DNA of 64,000 nt from an uncultured Methanosarcinaceae archaeon (GCA_963833425.1 CAWHXP010000009.1:32001-96000), one strand, 5' to 3'; shown: positions 1-11,836, counted from the stretch's first letter. A program made the numbers and translations. Notes: a model not told the origin generated them from the sequence alone.

Positions 1-134
1 CACGGAGTTTCATAAAAAAAGTCTCAGAAAAAGTTGTGAAAATTAGAAAGGACATCTGCGGAAAGTTAGATACAATAAAATGTTGTGGTCAAAGTTTCCA
101 TTAAAAAGCAATTGAAATTAACCCGCATGATTTA

Positions 135-506
135 ATGGCTTCATTAGCTTTGTACGGTAACGGAAATGCTCTAACTAAATTAGGCAAGTACGACGAAGCA
201 ATCGAAGCCTATGACAACGCAATTGAAGTTAACCCACCAGATTCAGTAGCTTCATTATTTTTGAACTGTAAAGGACTTGCTCTAACTAAAGAGGATTTCG
301 ATAAACCTCTGATTTCAACAAATTGCTTATATACCTTTTATAAACTATCTACCAAAAAGTGGGGTTTATCGAAATCGTCTAAATTAAATAAATCCGATGA
401 AGCACTAAAAGCATATGACAAAGCAAATGAAATTAACCACAGGATTCACTGGCTTTGGCCGCGAAAGGAGCTTTATCTAAATAGATTAAATAAGGCTGAT
501 TTGTAG
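135..506 (+). pseudogene. TPR-repeat protein remnant carrying an in-frame MITE insertion
   Basis: TPR motifs (GNALTKLGKYDEAIEAYDNAIEVNP; LNKSDEALKAYDKA). Removing the 89-bp insert plus one TAAA copy restores a TPR unit. The 5' and 3' ends are degenerate. Confidence 0.75.
291..379. mobile_element. ~89-bp MITE-like element (family A), terminal IR GAGGATTTCGATAAAC
   Basis: Ends gaggatttcgataaac / gtttatcgaaatcgtc, flanked by TAAA on both sides. Related copies near 2791-2876, 7908-7992, 24775-24865, 49934-50021 and 57560-57648. Confidence 0.75.
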
Positions 507-938
507 GTTGAATAGTTATTCAATTGTCATTTATTTTTATACTTCACGAAAATGAATATAGCAACTTCTTGGCCTTTAAAATAAAGTGATTTTAATAAAA
601 AAATGTATTTTTTGCATAAATCAGGTGAAAATGTCCTATAATTTTGGTTGAAAAAGTAGAAAATGCATAGGTTTTAAGCTAAAAATTGCGTATAATTGAG
701 CTTTCCACGTTCAAAGCTTAATCCAGAAGAATGGCAGATTGAATCTAAGGCCCTTCCAGAGAATAAAAAAAGTAATCGATTCCGTTAATTAAAACTTACC
801 TCCATATCCAAATTTGTATCCAGAAAATTTTAAATATTTTTGGAGAATTTAGCGCAATTTATCATTTTTTTCTTACTAATCCGAAGATGTGTGAAGCTTA
901 AGTAAATTTCCATTCGAATTTCTTAGTTTAAAAATTTA

Positions 939-1022
939 CGCCCAAGGCAGGATTTGAACCTGCGCTCTCTCAAAAGAGAAACGGTTTTCGAGACCGCCGC
1001 CTTACCACTAGACTACCTGGGC
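939..1022 (-). tRNA. tRNA-Ser (anticodon CGA)
   Basis: Reverse complement folds as a cloverleaf: acceptor GCCCAGG/CTTGGGC+G73, anticodon arm GCGGT-CTCGAAA-ACCGT, long variable arm TCTCT-TTTG-AGAGA, T-loop GTTCAAATC. Confidence 0.95.
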
Positions 1023-1743
1023 ATTTTATTATATATACGAGAAAATTTCATGGGCATTACCCAAAGATTCCGATATAAAGGTAAATAAATATGCATTCTC
1101 TCTTATATATTTTATTATCAACGCGTTAATTCCGGACCTAATTGGTTTCAAAACAATTTCTACCAATCAGAGGAATGTCATAAAAATCATTCAAGGTAAT
1201 AGAGTAGTAATTATGACAAAGTAAAATTATTCCATTTATGTATAGAATCAGATATTATTGTCTTTACCCTCCAATTCTGTAGTATCTTTGATATAATAAA
1301 TTTACCGATGATACAACCCATATACCAAGAAGTTCTTAAATTGTTTGTTTCATAATGCAAAATCTTCTACAAATTTTCTTGAAGATGAAACCATTATTTT
1401 GAAGTCAAAACTAACAAAAATAAAAATTATTTTAGATTTAGATTAGTTTAATTATATAATTTGTAATTACCACCTAGTTTTAAAATAGAAATTCCTTAAA
1501 TGAGTATAGTTTTTTAGAATGTTTACCAAATAAGCATGAGTTCCAAACCTTATTATATTTATTATTAATATATATTTAACCTAGGTATCTGATCCCAATT
1601 TCTCAGGAAAACGACAGTATGAACAATTATTGGAATATGGAGTATAATATAAGCTGTATATACAGTGTATCGGTATGGATGTATAGAATACACAAAAGTA
1701 GGACTTTATGCTAACTTCAAAGGGTCTGAGTATATTTATATGA

Positions 1744-2520
1744 CTATTTTAACCTATCAAGAGCAAGTTTTGCAGCCTTTTTGCCTGATAGGAGCATACC
1801 TCCGAAGATAGGCCCCATTCTTGGAGCGCGGGTTGCTGCATTTGCAGCCATTCCCGCAACAATCAGACCAGGGTAGATCTCCTGCGTTGCGTCGACGGTA
1901 AGTCGCTCGCCAATTTCTGACCACATAGGTTTTTCCCCAAGTATCCCCAGCTCTCCGATTTTTGCGTTTGGGATTTTCCTAAGAATTGTGTTGCATACAG
2001 CTGCATCGTGCCCTGTTCCGTCTATTACGAGTTTTGTGCGAATCATAAGCGGATCCACATGTAGATTCTGTGATGCGACAGGCCCCCAATTGATCACTAT
2101 GCCAGTAATCCTGTCATTATCTCGGATCATGACGTCTTCAAAATTCACAAGATTAAATACCTCAGCCCCCGCTGAAGTTGCACCTGCAATTAACTTCCCG
2201 ACGGATTCAACTGAATTTGCCACATAATACCCTGACTGATATTCCTTATACCTAATCCCAAAGTCATCCAGAATACTTCGGGCCTCTTCCTGCAAAACTA
2301 TGCGCGGAAACATCATACCACCAGCCCACATACCCCCCCCAAGTGATATCTTCTTTTCATAAATGGCGACTTTTACTCCAGCTTCTGCCAGATACTTTGC
2401 AGCCACCAAGTTTGCTGGTCCTCCGCCAACAAGTGCCACATCGATGTCCGCATATTCAAGGAAGGTTTTAGCGTACTCATCAAAAATTGCCCGTGTGATT
2501 ATAACTTCGTCGAGTTCCAT
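1744..2520 (-). CDS. thi4: Sulfide-dependent ADP-thiazole synthase (Thi4, His-type)
   Basis: GGGPAN dinucleotide-binding motif, LGGGMWAGG, HVDP (His at the position of the suicide Cys), PRMGPIFGGMLLSG. Confidence 0.93.
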   Translation of the reverse strand: MELDEVIITRAIFDEYAKTFLEYADIDVALVGGGPANLVAAKYLAEAGVKVAIYEKKISLGGGMWAGGMMFPRIVLQEEARSILDDFGIRYKEYQSGYYVANSVESVGKLIAGATSAGAEVFNLVNFEDVMIRDNDRITGIVINWGPVASQNLHVDPLMIRTKLVIDGTGHDAAVCNTILRKIPNAKIGELGILGEKPMWSEIGERLTVDATQEIYPGLIVAGMAANAATRAPRMGPIFGGMLLSGKKAAKLALDRLK

Positions 2521-2896
2521 CTTAATCTCTCATAAAGTTTCTAGGTTTTGAAATTTTGGGAAAACAATCTGGTTTTCTTAGAAACAAATCCGGAAATTGT
2601 AAAACTGGACCATAGTAACTGAAATATACATGCAGTTAGATATCTAATGATATTTAGGTTTATATGTAGTCGAACTGGAAATTAATACATATAAAACAAT
2701 TACTTATCTAAAATACGAATTTAATCAAAACTCTATTGCGCTTTATTTTGTATATCAAGCGCATAACTCTTCGAATGTTTAATGATTTTAGGGGATCTCG
2801 ATAAACCTCTGATTTTCCACAAGTACTTTAATCCATTATAAGCATATGATAAAATTTAAAGTTCGTTGAAATCCTCTAGAGTTAGTCATCAACAAT

Positions 2897-3400
2897 TTAA
2901 TTGATCAAGAGAATGGACATAGATTCAGGCTGTTCTTTGATAAGAAACACTATAGGCATCTCAGAGTCTGCAGCAGGATTCATCATATTGATCTCAACTC
3001 CTTGTTCTGGGATTCTTGACATATTCGAGTGGGGAATATTCTTTTTTCAACATTGCATTTTTTTCATAGCGTGCAGACACTGCTCACAAATACGACTGTA
3101 AAAGTGTAACCTTCATTAAAAGCTGTCTTTTCAAGCTCAAGCATTTAGAGAGTTATTTTATCTCTGTGATCATAACAATCTGCCCAGAATTTGCTGTTTT
3201 TTCTCTTGTTTCATCAAGCTTGGAGGATCAGGCCCGGTTCTGTACGGAGTTTTTGCAATCTCTTCATCTGCAATCGCAGTAGATGTGGATTGAACAAGTA
3301 AAGCGTACATGTACTCCTTGAGCATCTCACGAAATTCATCAGCATTAGGGATACTCGGTGGGCAGGTGAGTTTTTTTTCGGTATCCTGTACAGCCTCTGC
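2897..3400 (-). pseudogene. DUF2284-like metal-binding protein remnant, truncated next to an IS
   Basis: Minus-strand fragments KLTCPPSIPNADEFREMLKEYMYALLV and LEKTAFNEGYT with multiple stops and frameshifts. Confidence 0.6.
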
Positions 3401-3421
3401 ATTTTAAATAACTCTTTTTTC

Positions 3422-4214
3422 GGCTTTGTAGAAATGCTCTAAATTGAACTTTTACACTACAGTATTATTAATGTTCCGTCATAATATTCTTCGCATTTTT
3501 TCGCTAATTATGAGTGATATAAAAGAAAACCTCTCTCTTGATAAGATTCCACATTTTACTACCCTCCAAAAATTTGTAATCCGGATTCCCTCCTCTCTGT
3601 GTAACCTTCTTCTGTCAAGGATACTAAAGCTGTTTTACTCATATGGAGAAAATGTCTCTGTTGCAGCGATTGATGCAACAAGATTTACGAGTTCATATGC
3701 AAGTTATTATTATTCCAGAAGAACAGGGAAGCTTCGAAGAAGCCTCCTGAGGACTCCAATATCAGTAGACACCAGTAAAAAGATAATATTGGGATGGAAA
3801 ATTAGTCAAAAACAGACAATGAAATCAAACATGCAAATGCTCTGATAAGAAAATCAAATAAGATTAGAAAGTCTGAGTGTTATGTAATGGATAAACGATA
3901 TGATTCAGAAAAAACACATTATATAATTAGAGAAGAAATCAAAGCAGATTCTATTATACCTGTAAGAGAGAGAAAAAGGAAGAAATAAGAGGAAAATTAG
4001 GAAACAATTGAACATGGTCTTTGACAAAATTAAATATAATCAAAGAAATATTGTGGAGACAATATATTCTGTAGTTACAAGAAAATTAGGAAAACACTAA
4101 GGGCAAAAAAATTCCGTTATCAAGTAAAGGAGATAAAATTAAATTAATAATATACAACATAAACAAAAAAATTATAGAAATAATTTGCATCAAGTTAAAG
4201 ATTCCTGCGGAGCC
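3422..4214 (+). mobile_element. Degenerate IS5-family insertion sequence
   Basis: Transposase fragments IPHFTTLQKF, AAIDAT, ISVDT, then YVMDK and QRNIVETI in shifted frames. Imperfect terminal IRs ggctttgtagaaat / attcctgcggagcc. Confidence 0.8.
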
Positions 4215-4500
4215 ATTTTTGTACTCTTTTAATAGATGCATAAACTCAAAAATATACTCAAAAAATTACACAATAATTTAGTCAAGACGCTGCATAATTT
4301 TTACTTCAGAACGCTATAAAAATGAATTCTTCAGAGGCGACTGCAAAAAATAGAATAGAAATTGTGTGGATAAATTTTTGCAAATTCTGGAGAAAAAAAT
4401 TATAAAAAATAAAGTATTCATTATGAATTACAGCAAAGTGGGACTACTGATCGAGTTTTCTCGGAAATCCTCATGGTAATTTTGGAATTAGAGTTAGGAA

Positions 4501-4794
4501 TCATTTGGATAATTCTTCTTGCACCTCTTTAGCCCCAGCTTCAAGTTCTTTTTTTTGCTGAGTGTCAAATAGGAGTAAAAGTGCCTGAAACTCTCCAACA
4601 TGTGTTTTTTCTTCCTTTGCAACATCCATGAGGATTTTTTTGATGTCCTTTTTTTTAGTCAGACTGGCCATCTGCTCATAAAGGTTTATGGCATCAAGCT
4701 CTGCGATAATAGCTCCTCTTAGGATTTCCTTATCAATATTTTCTTCGGATACGTTCTGAAGGTCTATAGGTATCTTGGATAGCAAGCTATTCAC
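4501..4794 (-). CDS. Small ferritin-like protein (encapsulated-ferritin / rubrerythrin-like)
   Basis: AIIAELDAINLYEQ and AKEEKTHVGEF di-iron ligand motifs in a ~95-aa protein. Confidence 0.8.
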   Translation of the reverse strand: MNSLLSKIPIDLQNVSEENIDKEILRGAIIAELDAINLYEQMASLTKKKDIKKILMDVAKEEKTHVGEFQALLLLFDTQQKKELEAGAKEVQEELSK

Positions 4795-5225
4795 CCGCTC
4801 ATTGTATGAGCAGATATATTAATAAGTATTTGGGAATGCGACAACAAGTATTCTTTCGGCTAAATTATTTTTTAGTAGCTATAACTTCTTCCCAAACTTA
4901 CATAGTAGATTAAGTTTGGAGCTATAAATTCTGCATTAAAAAAATAATCATACATATTTACATATTGTGAACTGCACTCAGCCGAAGAGTAAGTGGCTTT
5001 TAGTTTGTTTAAGTCTAACATATAAATTGATCTCTTAATTTATCATGTTTTGTAATTTTCTGATCAAGCGCCCAATTATAGACAAAAATGCAACTACTAA
5101 TATGTTGATTAAGTTGGTTAAATTAGTCAAATGTTGGATACGGCCCAAAAATGAATGCTTTTATCATACAACATTAATCTATTTTAACAATTAATATACT
5201 GTTTGGTAAATATTGAGCTTGGACA

Positions 5226-5620
5226 CAATATAGATGTGAACACAAGAATCATACAAAATTTTTGCTAATTAATCATATTCGTTTTGTGTGCAAATATCGA
5301 AAGAAGATCCTAGAATTGCTTGATTAAGAACTCAAAAGATAATTCATAACATTGAAAAGTAGACCTTTTTGAAATATTAGAAATTGAGATCGTCAAAGAC
5401 CAAATTCACTTACTCTTAGAGCGGACCAAAAGTCAGCACTCTTGCAATAATTCGAAAAAATAAACAAGAGACTATAATTAGGCTATGGAAAACTCAAAAA
5501 AAATGTTTGAAAAATACTATTGTAAAGAAGATATGTTATTAGAAAGGTGGGTATCTCGCACCTGTTCTCGCCAATGTTAACATAGGAGCAGATGAAAACT
5601 ACATGCGGAAATAGAGTTGA
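5226..5620 (+). pseudogene. tnpA: IS200/IS605-family TnpA remnant
   Basis: Fragments NHTKFLLINHIRFVCKYRKKIL and EIVKDQIHLLLE (degenerate HuH motif) with stops and frameshifts. A possible end-hairpin relic lies near 4965-5000. Confidence 0.7.
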
Positions 5621-6231
5621 AGTTGACGCTTGCATCCGCTAGTTGAAGATCTACCGGATTTAAGCTTTGTGTTATAACATGAGTATCCCAATAAAGCCCA
5701 AAATTAAGAGATTTTATACCCAAAATTTGATCACACTTAACAATTCCTAATGAAAATAATCCTATTTTTAGCTCAAGTTGAATTAAAAAAATTTATGAAT
5801 ATATAATATATTAGTTATATTTTATATGGAATATTCTTCATTTTTGTTACAATTAAGCTATTATTACTTTCAAAATTAACAGAAATATACTTTTTAATCC
5901 CTTTTTAGAAAGTGATGTGAGTATCAAAGTTCATCAAAGTTTAGTCCCACATAGATGATACATTTCATCACTCTTCGTCTTATTTTGTAGGAAAAACCAT
6001 TTCTACAATACTGTTTTCCCTTAATATCCATCAGAATGCTATACCCCCCAATAATCTGGTCTTCTTTATAATTTTCTATTTTATGTGCTTAATTTTTTTG
6101 TTAACTTTTTCTCAAAATAACCCACTCATTTATAAGTTTCATCCTTAACTTTGAATTGACTTAGAATCCTGAATAATTTAATTATTAATCTCATTTCTGA
6201 AACTCATAAAATATTTGCATCTTCTTTAGAT

Positions 6232-6909
6232 TTACTTATTGTTTTCCTTCTCAACAATTTGGGTTTCTGAAATTGAGTTTTTTGTAGCCATTTTTACCAT
6301 ATGAGTTGTCAGGATAAGTTTCTTCAGGGTTTTCCGAAGGCTTTTCATGCCTTCCAAATCTTCGGAAACTCCTTCTACTCCGTTATCCTTTGACCAGAAT
6401 GTTCCTCCCAGATTTGCTCCGAAGGAGCCACCTCCAATAGGTATCATTTCATTGATTACATAAAAGTTCAAAATGGTCTGAATGGCTGGTTCCTGCCCGC
6501 CTATTCGGTCTCCGCCATCTGCGATTCCCATACCGACTTTGTTTAAAAAGATTTTCTGGTCTCTGGCAACAATAGCTCTGCAGCGATCCATTATCGTTTT
6601 TGTCTGGGCACTAACTGTTCCCTGATATACAGGAGTTCCTATAATCCAGGCATCTGCCCAAATCATTTTGTCGTACAGCTCAGCCGAAATATCATCCTTA
6701 TGAACACAGCCCTCTTTTGTCCTTACACAGAAATCGCAATGGATGCAAAAATTTAGCTTTTTTCCTTTGGAGGAAAAGTAATCTGTTTCTGCACCGTATT
6801 TTTGTTTTGTGATCTGCAAAGCTTCCTGAACCAAAAAATCAGTTGCCATATTTCTGGGACTTCCCGATATTCCCAGAATTTTTATTGGTTTGGTTACGAT
6901 TTCTTGCAT
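6232..6909 (-). CDS. Iron-sulfur flavoprotein (Isf-like flavodoxin family)
   Basis: GISGSPR FMN-binding loop, CIHCDFCVRTKEGC (CX2CX2CX6C) cluster motif, GTPVYQG. Confidence 0.88.
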   Translation of the reverse strand: MQEIVTKPIKILGISGSPRNMATDFLVQEALQITKQKYGAETDYFSSKGKKLNFCIHCDFCVRTKEGCVHKDDISAELYDKMIWADAWIIGTPVYQGTVSAQTKTIMDRCRAIVARDQKIFLNKVGMGIADGGDRIGGQEPAIQTILNFYVINEMIPIGGGSFGANLGGTFWSKDNGVEGVSEDLEGMKSLRKTLKKLILTTHMVKMATKNSISETQIVEKENNK

Positions 6910-8257
6910 GTTCCCTCCATAATTACATCTAAATTAATACTTGAATATATATGTATGCTAGTATTTTTTTTAGAGAACATAGCTTTATACCTTAATTAAG
7001 TAGTTTCGAATCTCGTCAATTCTGGAACTATTTTTATGAATTAATCTAAACTCAAAACAGCTATGAAAGACGATGAAGTCGTTGATTATGACTATGAAAA
7101 ATGACTCTCCTCTGCATGGCCACAGTCTGTTTATTATCTGTGTTTCTGAATTATGTTGTATCATTGATATCATAATTTTGTCGTATAGTCACTTTACTGA
7201 ATGGGTCAAATTGTAATTATCAAGAAATTTTTAATGTTTTATTCTGTGCTGTGATATATTCTACAAATTATTTTGAATTTGCAATTAACGATCTAAGGTT
7301 AGTGATCTTAGAGATGATAATTTCCCAAGGGTGTAATAATTTTAATCATCTTTTGATTTTATCACATTTTCTTTCTGCATTTACCAGGAAATATATTTTT
7401 GGAAAGTATATATATCTTAAAGAAGCAAGCGACTGAAATTTTATCAAGTCAAAAAATTTTTTGGTAGGAAATTACATTTCTGAAAATCATTTTGAATCCA
7501 ATTTTTAAATGAGAACTCTTCTGCTTCTTCAGCATTATTGATTACTATATAGCTTGATTCTTCTTTCATAAAGGGATAATATAAAAACAACAATTTATCA
7601 TTTTAAATACTTTGATGGGTTATCATTAAAAAATTATACTCTCCAATTCTTCGTGTTTTCAACGAGATCCTATGATTTATTCGAAGAAGAACTGTTCGAT
7701 ATAAAAAGAAACTGTAATTATATTTAAAATTAGTCCATATGCATTGGATAACAGTTATATAAAATCCGCATTCTTATCAATATAATGGCAAACTGGGGGC
7801 AAAACGAATTGTTAGGTTGAAGTCTCACTCAAGTATATTAAATGTATATTTGTAATCGTTCAGTATTTTCTCAATTTGATCATGCAGAAATCATTCCTAC
7901 AATTTATAGGATTTCAATAAAATCCGATTTTCACGAGCCATCTATATACTATTTATAAGGATTGGATGATATTTAGGGGTTCATGAAATCCTACTTAATT
8001 TATTGGGAAACTTTTCGTATCATTTTTGAATTCATGTCTCATATCAAATAAATTAATTAGCTTTCGATTTTATTCTTGAGAAGAAAAATGAAGAATTTTG
8101 AATAATCGTCCGTAGTATTACACTTTAAGGCATGGAGTAAAAGTGGAAATATGAAAACCACGTTTTCACATGAAAAATACTATGTTGTAGGAAAATATAG
8201 GCTAAGTCCAAATAATATTTTAAAAAAAGCATTTGCTTAGAACTGATATAAATATTC

Positions 8258-8272
8258 TATAGTCCTGAGCGG
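8258..8272. repeat. att site (left junction): duplicate of the tRNA-Gln 3' end
   Basis: Identical to 42169-42183. Imperfect similarity extends leftwards (8231 atttgcttagaact vs 42141 atttacttagaact). Confidence 0.9.
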
Positions 8273-8318
8273 TCTATACATCATAAGTATATAGTCCTAA
8301 ACAATATATTCCATATAC

Positions 8319-9530
8319 ATGACTAAATCAGTCGATGATGTTCATTGTATGGAAACTGGTTATTTAAATGCAAAACAAAGATTGAAAGACGCAGAAATTG
8401 GGGAAGAAAATAAAGCATTGATTGAAAATTTTTCAATTGCCCTTAGAAGAGAAGGGATAGCCAAAGCGACAATCACATGGTATTTAAATTATATAACCAG
8501 AATGGTTCAGCGCCTTCAGGAAATAGGATTCAATGAGAGTTTGGACAAGCTGGATTCCAAGACTTTTGACAGATTTCTTATTTTTCTTGAAGATGATAGG
8601 AAATTATCCGCTGGTACAATAAGAAATTATAAAAAATTGATAAAAAAATTTAATAAATCTGCCACTGATGGTAATCCTCCAAAATGGATCCGGGACCTGA
8701 AACTAAAATCGATTGAAAGTCCCATACAGCCTTCTGACATCCTTACTAAAGATGAGTTTACACATCTTCTTGAAGCCTGTAGACATCCACGGGATAAAGC
8801 CATAATTTCGATCCTTGCGGATGGTGGAATTAGAGTAGGAGCCTTAGAATCCTGTAGGATTAAAAATGTGGAGTTTAATCAATATGGAGCAATGATTTAC
8901 CTTTCAAAAACTGGAGTCAATAAAACCACACAGGCAAAGGGAATACCAATCACTTGGAGTGCGGGATTTTTAAATCAATGGCTTGCGATACATCCTCTCC
9001 ACGATGATATGGAAGCCCCCTTATGGGTTACTCTAGATAAAAATAAAGAAGCTTTGAGTTACAAAACAATACGAAAAATGATAAAGATTACAGCTGAAAA
9101 AGCAAGAATTAAGAAAAATGTATATCCGCATTTGCTACGGCATATGGCTATCACAAACTGGATTTTAGATAGTCTTAACGAGCAGGAAGTTAAGCGCAGA
9201 GCGGGCTGGAGTCGGGGAAGTACCCAAATGTTCAAAATTTATGCAAATTTCACGGATAAGGAAATCAATGACAGCATTTTCGAGAAATATGGACTCAAAA
9301 CAGAAGACAAAAGACATGTTACACTTAAGAAATGTCCACGATGTAATAATGTGCTAAAACCAGACAATAAATTTTGTAGCCAATGTGCACTGGTTCTTGA
9401 TCAAGAAACTGCTTTAAAACTAGAAAAAGACAAAGAAAAACTAGACTTGTCATTCTTAGAAGTTTCTAGTGTTGATCCAAAGGTTTTGGAGAAAATAGCC
9501 ATGGAAGTCAAAAAACTCCTAAATAAGTAA
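8319..9530 (+). CDS. int: Tyrosine recombinase/integrase with C-terminal zinc ribbon
   Basis: Catalytic R (GGIRVG), HxxR (YPHLLRH), W (AGW) and Y (KIYA) all present; CPRC...CSQC ribbon; adjacent to the att repeat. Confidence 0.92.
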   Translation: MTKSVDDVHCMETGYLNAKQRLKDAEIGEENKALIENFSIALRREGIAKATITWYLNYITRMVQRLQEIGFNESLDKLDSKTFDRFLIFLEDDRKLSAGTIRNYKKLIKKFNKSATDGNPPKWIRDLKLKSIESPIQPSDILTKDEFTHLLEACRHPRDKAIISILADGGIRVGALESCRIKNVEFNQYGAMIYLSKTGVNKTTQAKGIPITWSAGFLNQWLAIHPLHDDMEAPLWVTLDKNKEALSYKTIRKMIKITAEKARIKKNVYPHLLRHMAITNWILDSLNEQEVKRRAGWSRGSTQMFKIYANFTDKEINDSIFEKYGLKTEDKRHVTLKKCPRCNNVLKPDNKFCSQCALVLDQETALKLEKDKEKLDLSFLEVSSVDPKVLEKIAMEVKKLLNK

Positions 9531-9850
9531 ACTTAAAATGTAAGCATAATATTTTTCTATTTATTTCTGTTATTAAATATCTTACTTAATATATAAAACA
9601 AAAGTATCTATACAAAATAAAAAGATTGCTTATTCAAAATAAGATTATTTATTTAATCTAACAACTTGGAAATATGTTAAATAAATCCATATACAAATAA
9701 ACGATAGAAAAAAGATAAAGTTGAATATTATGCGAGAGTATCTAGTAAATTCTTCTGTTAGACTTTCTTCAAATTACCAGTGTCTCTCTAAGTTTGTAAT
9801 TTTTTAATGGAAAATTATTTGGTCCCACTTAAATCAAGAATAAATGCTGG

Positions 9851-10901
9851 TCAAATTAAATCCATTTGATACTTTTCGCATTCCTTAATTCCTGCATCTA
9901 ATTGTTTGTCGTTTGTTATTATTAAGTATACCTCCATTGCTTTTCTTAATTCACGAATTTCGAAAATTGATTCTCTGAAATGAAGATTATTTGCATTTGA
10001 TATTTATTTTTGGGTTTTTTTTAAGAGTTCTATTATTTCTCTTTTTGATTGACGAATTTTTTCATCTGATATCATGTCTTTTGTTGCTGTGAGTTTTTCC
10101 CATCCTGGCATATATGCCTTTATTACATGGAGTGAGAATGGGTTTTCTGTACTGAACATTTTTTTAAGTTCATCCATGTTAGCACATTTTTTGAAGGCTC
10201 TATTGATGTAGAAGGTTGGTATATATATTCTCTTCCAGTTATCGGGATCTCGATCATGTTTCTGATCCGTTGTGCAGCTCATGCCCACAAAAAACATAAT
10301 AGGTTTTTTAATATAAACTATTAATTTATTCTTGTCAGAAATCAGAAAAAGTTTGAAAAAATCGGAGGATAACTGTAATTTTTTTTAAATGATTTTTCTC
10401 TTTTTTCAAAAAATATAACTTCGTTATATTTAGCCCTATCATTCTTATTTGGATCAAATATTTTATAGGAGAAGCTTACGGTAGTTTTTGGAGATGTACC
10501 GAACCAATTTTTATTTACATATCCCACAAATCTACGATTCAAAAATTCCAAATTATTTAAACCACAAATTAAATCTAAATTTTCGCGAAATATACATTCA
10601 AGAATCGAATCATTTTTTTGCATTTTGGGTATTAATTTTGGATATTCTTTGCATATGTTACGTATATTCTGAATACTGAAGACGATCGAATATAATGTGG
10701 AATCTTTTCGACCTTTTCCTGATTTTACCTTCTTATTTTCAATAAACCCATTTTTTTGAGTATGCCTAAATCTCTGGAAATAACATTGTAACCTGGCGGC
10801 TCATCTGGCTTAACATAACCTAGTTCACTTATTAATTCTACAGTCGTTTTAGAAAATTCTAATAAACTATCTAAAATTCGTTCCTGGTTTGTTTTTTTCA
10901 T
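9851..10901 (-). pseudogene. Winged-helix transcriptional regulator (~350 codons), broken
   Basis: ATG at 10901 reads MKKTNQERILDSLLEFSKTTVELISELGY...ISRDLGILKK. A frameshift in the T7 run near 10751 joins it to ORF 10342-10623, another near 10345 joins ORF 10004-10297, and the frame stays open past the TAA at 10004 to ~9851. Confidence 0.6.
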
Positions 10902-11207
10902 GTTATGTGGATATTCTAATTTATATTAGAAGCTGTCTGAGAATATAAATTTAAAAGTCGGCGAATTTGGATATTTTGCTGATTTTCGCAATTTATTAAT
11001 TTTTGCCGATAAAAATTGTTTTAAAGTTTAAAGTCTATTAAACTTCTATTAAGATCACAATTAGGGAAAGTCTGCGAATAAGCTAGAAAACCAAAATCAA
11101 ATTTTCGCATACTTTGTGCTATTTGTTTATCTTATGTGAAATTTTTCCCTAACCTTTGGAGATTCGTCTTGACAAAAATAAAAACTTTATTAGATATAGG
11201 TGAAATC

Positions 11208-11387
11208 ATGTTTAAATTCGGGAAAAGAACTGTGATAAAACAGGGAGGAAGCTTTATGATAGCTCTACCGATGATTTGGATGAAATCGTGGGATTCAGAT
11301 GTGAAAAGTGTGATGATAGAGATGGACAGTGAAAATCAACTTAGAATTATAGCAGGTGATACGTGCCATGAAAATATCGTCTATTAA
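11208..11387 (+). CDS. AbrB/MazE/SpoVT-like small DNA-binding protein
   Basis: MFKFGKRTVIKQGGSFMIALPMIW fits the swapped-hairpin motif; RBS-like AGGTGA precedes ATG 11208. Confidence 0.7.
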   Translation: MFKFGKRTVIKQGGSFMIALPMIWMKSWDSDVKSVMIEMDSENQLRIIAGDTCHENIVY

Positions 11388-11413
11388 ACTACACAAGAGA
11401 GTTCGATAGCTGC

Positions 11414-11719
11414 ATGTTCAAAAAATGTAATGCATCTGGGAGAGAGAAGCAAATGAACGATCTAAAACCAGAAACGATAGAAATGTTTAAAAAATTTTAT
11501 ACAGAATTCTCTGACTTAATTGACTATAGAATTAAGTGTGGAAATGTGTATGAACAGGCACAGGCTATATTAATTAAAAGTGTTGCTAAAGGCGTTTCGC
11601 AAATACCGTCGCGGCCAAGCAGTCGGAAAGTTTGCAAAACACCCATACAGACGCCTACTTTCATCGCGAGTGACCCACAAGAACAGAGCGACCCAGAAAT
11701 GAGAAGTTACGCATCATGA
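11414..11719 (+). CDS. Hypothetical protein of the element core
   Basis: 101-aa ORF co-oriented with and directly after the AbrB-like gene; no recognised motif. Confidence 0.5.
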   Translation: MFKKCNASGREKQMNDLKPETIEMFKKFYTEFSDLIDYRIKCGNVYEQAQAILIKSVAKGVSQIPSRPSSRKVCKTPIQTPTFIASDPQEQSDPEMRSYAS

Positions 11720-11836
11720 ATAACATAGTCTACATGCTAAATATAATTTCCTTTTTTAGCTCTGCAACTAACGGTTGCATGTACAGCCTAAGGACATCTA
11801 ATTCAACAAATTCGAAAATATGGATAATTTTGTAAG

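Noticed and set aside
939..1022. tRNA-Ser as a second integration site
   Set aside because: No duplicate of its 3' end or linked integrase found within the window.
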